64,000 nt of DNA from Eledone cirrhosa. Its lineage: Eukaryota. A program made the position numbers and the translations under genes. Below are positions 60,606-64,000 of this stretch, piece by piece. The notes beneath the pieces were generated by a model. That model had not been told where the DNA came from. It searched no databases and was given only the letters and a program-made list of their open reading frames with translations. The stretch lies in assembly GCA_964016885.1 (NCBI GenBank), contig CAXHJY010000644.1, positions 62,001 to 126,000 on the forward strand. Direction: 5' to 3'. Positions within the stretch are counted from its first letter, which is position 1, and each line of letters starts with the position of its first letter.

Positions 60606-63367
60606 ATCATCATCACCGTTTTACGTCCGTTCTTCCACGCTAGCATGGGTTAGACGGGTTGTCCTGTTGTGGGCAGTGTCTGGTCGGCTGACCATGCCTT
60701 GCTCATACAGGAACTGATCTGGCTTGATTTCTACAGCTGGATGCCCTTCCTAACACCAACCTCATTTACAGTGAGTGCTGGGTGCTTTTTCGTGGCGCCT
60801 ACACGTCCACTTTACAGTGTGGGCTGGGTGCTTTTTTGCCGTGGCACCTCCACGACCACCTTGCGGTGGGGGGGGGGGCATATTGTTTATATGCTTCAGC
60901 ATGTACCCATGGGAGGTCGGGTACCCTGTATTACTGCGTGACGCCAGAAGTCACGGTCGTGTGTCATTGACTTTGAGAGGTGTAGTTGGGTAAGGTCAGC
61001 TTTTATCACCTCATCCCAAGTCATCTTGGGTCTCCCCACTCCGCGGTTTCCATCAACTTCTAGTGCTCTGCACCTTTTTATGCAGCTGTCATCCTTCATA
61101 CGCATCACATGTCCATACCAGCGTAACCGCCTCTCCTGCACGCAGCATTTGATTCCTCTTATGCTCAGTCTCTCTCTCAATTCATTTATGCTTTGTCGTT
61201 CACGTATATTACTGTTACACATCCATCGGAGCATGCAGGCTTCGTTTCTCTCTAATCTACGTAAGTCTTCCACCTTCAGCGCCCAGGTCTCACTACCATG
61301 CAACATCGCTGTTCGGATACACGCATCATACAGTCTGCCTTTCATTCTGAGGGAGAAGCCTTTTGCAGCTAGCAGTGGTAGTAGTTCCCTAAACTTCTTC
61401 CATCCCGTTCTTACCCTAGTTATTGTACTTTCTGAGCACCCACCTCCGTTGCTAATTCGGTCACCTAGGTAGCAGAAGCTGTCTACTGTTTCTACAGGGC
61501 CCTCCCAGAGATTGGTGGTACTTGTTTCCTGTGGCTGTTTGCTTGCTGTTTCAGCACAGCTGCTGCATGTGAATCCTACATTCTTAATTAAGCTTCCTGA
61601 GATCCCGCTACATCTCTTGTGTACCCATTGTTTGCATTTGGGGCAAAGAATGGAGTTCCTACCTACACCTTTCCTACATACTGAGCAAGGCCATTTCCCT
61701 GAGGGGATCTGGGTTCTGTTTTCTCGTCTACTTATAAGGACCTTAGTCTTTGTCATGTTGACTTTGAGGCCCTTTCTCTCTAGTCCCTGCTTCCAGGTTT
61801 GGAATTTATTCTCTAGTTCTACCATAGATTCAGCTATGAGTGCGAGGTCATCAGCATACAGGAGTTCCCATGGGCATCCGGTCTTAAACTCCTCCGTTAT
61901 TGCCTGCAGGACTATGATGAACAGGAGAGGGCTAAGAACAGAGCCCTGGTGGACCCCAACCTGTACGCTAAATTCCTCGCTATACTCATTGCCAATCCTA
62001 ACTTTGCTGACTGCTCCCCTATACATGGCTTGTACCGCTTTCACAAGCCATTCATCTACTCCTAGTTTTCTAAGAGCCCACCAGATTACTGCACGTGGAA
62101 CTCTGTCAAAGGCTTTCTCAAGGTCGACAAATGCCAAGTAGAGTGGCTTACTTTTAGCTAGGTACTTTTCCTGTAATTGCCTCACAAGGAAGAGCGCATC
62201 AGTGGTGCCTTTCCCTGGTACAAACCCAAATTGCATCTCGTCTATATTCACCCGGTCCCTAATCAGCTGTGCTATAACTCTTTCTGTTACTTTCATGACC
62301 TGGTCCATCAACTTTATACCTCTATAGTTTCCTCTATCTAGTGCATCGCCTTTACCTTTGTAGCAGTTGACAATGATGCTACTGCACCAATCTTTTGGTA
62401 TGGCCCCCTCTAGTATTACCTGGTTAACGATATGTGTGGTTATAGTGTGACCTACAGACCCAGATGCCTTCAGCATCTCGGCAGCTATACCCGATGGACC
62501 GGTTGCCTTCCCTATCTTCATATCTCTGATTGCCTTACTTACTACGCTGCCGCTGACTTGTACTGCTGGTCCCTCTATAGGGTCTACGTGGGGTAGGGTC
62601 TCTTCTTCCCATGCATTCTCCTCATTTAGTAATCTATCATAATGACTCTTCCATGCATCTTTCTTCTCAGCACTTGTGAGGGCAAGCTCACCTTTATCAT
62701 TCCGGATACACTTCTCTCCAATGACATCACAACTATCTCTGACACACTGCCTCGCAATCTTGAATACCTCCTGTTTCTGGTCCTCACGTTGTAAAACATG
62801 CTTGAATTTTCTATCCTCTGCTTCCCTCCTAGCTAAGTATACTTGTCGCCTAGCTTCCCTCTTGGTCTCTATGTAATGTACCCTGCTCCCCCCGTTCTTC
62901 CATTCTTTCCATGCCTGTCTCTTGGCCTTGACTGCTTCATCTACCTTATTGTTCCACCACCAAGTCACTCTCCTCCTGCTTGAGGTCTTACTCCAGCCAC
63001 AAACCTCATCCGTCGCCTCTAGTAAGTTATTTTTTAGGAACTCCCAGTTCTCTTCTACGTTAAATGTCTCTATCTGTTCTTCTTTACTGTCGTAGGCGTT
63101 GAGTAAAATATCTTTAAATCTGTTACTGGTTGAGGGGACTTTCAGCTTCCAGATCTTTCTTCTCCAGGTTGGCCTCTGTTTCAGGGCTCGTCTAGTTCTG
63201 ACCGTGAGGTCGCTGACAACTAAGCTATGTTGGGATGTACATTCCTCACTAGGGAAGGCTTTTGTGTTTACGACCGTCCATCTGTCACGTCCTCTGATGA
63301 GGATAAAATCTAACTGACTAGAGTGCTCCCCTGATCTATAGGTGATCAGGTGGTTGTCGGGTTTTTT
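60606..63367 (-). mobile_element. 5'-truncated RTE LINE (family RTE2); ORF 60896..63367 open from late APE through RT
   Basis: [13 protein letters not shown] onward is colinear with the RTE1 protein (YADD, PHD-like finger, RLRWYGHV); (GAT)n tail at 60606; the ORF-track N-terminus is microsatellite. Confidence 0.92.
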
Positions 63368-63368
63368 A

Positions 63369-63399
<31 letters not shown>

Positions 63400-63492
63400 C
63401 ATACACACATATATATACATACACATATATACATACATACATATACATACATACATACATATACATACATACATATACATACATACATATAC

Positions 63493-63531
<39 letters not shown>

Positions 63532-63552
63532 CATATACATACATACATATAC

Positions 63553-63614
<62 letters not shown>

Positions 63615-63973
63615 ACATATATATATATACATACATATATATATATATATACATACATATATATATACATATATATATATACATACATATATATATATAT
63701 ACATACATATATATATATATACATACATATATATATATATACATACATATATATATACATATATATATATATACATACATATATATATATACATACATAC
63801 ATATATATATATACATACATACATATATATATATACATACATACATATATATACACATATATATATATACATACATATATATATATACATACATACATAC
63901 ATATATATACATACATACATATATATACATACATACATATATATACATATACATACATAACTTCATACATAAC

Positions 63974-64000
63974 AACACTAACTTCAAAAAACGTGACAAT
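63974..64000 (+). mobile_element. Start of another 5'-truncated RTE1 copy (runs off window end)
   Basis: 27 nt identical to 42762..42788. Confidence 0.7.

Overview
Eukaryotic, gene-free retroelement landscape, most likely cephalopod (octopus-type SINE fragments, tRNA/Nin-core SINE, very long (TA)n/(TACA)n microsatellites). No host exon is supportable and all Tyr/Ile/Met/Val/Cys-repeat ORFs are microsatellite artefacts. Inserted into the microsatellites are: two tandem R4/Dong-type RLE LINEs sitting in the tail of a 5'-truncated L1/Tx1 LINE, two CR1-group LINEs, two large RTE LINEs plus fragments, a six-copy ~610-bp non-autonomous RTE-derived element, two tRNA-SINE copies and three Penelope-like elements (PLEs) with the Hydra-clade CxCx5C linker or close RT similarity to such an element. 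The most striking signal is non-coding. (i) A near-perfect 311-bp tandem array (49177-53239; 11 direct plus ~2 inverted units) in which every unit carries a type I hammerhead ribozyme and several hairpins, i.e. a retrozyme/circRNA-like concatemer. (ii) Eight different hammerhead families, several with non-canonical cores. (iii) An unnamed, covarying bulged hairpin (RCUC-stem-loop-stem-UU-GAGY) downstream of the hammerhead in six otherwise unrelated families, a candidate cis signal for PLE RT. All RNA structures were paired by eye, clade names come from motif recognition, and boundaries next to microsatellites are uncertain by a few bases.
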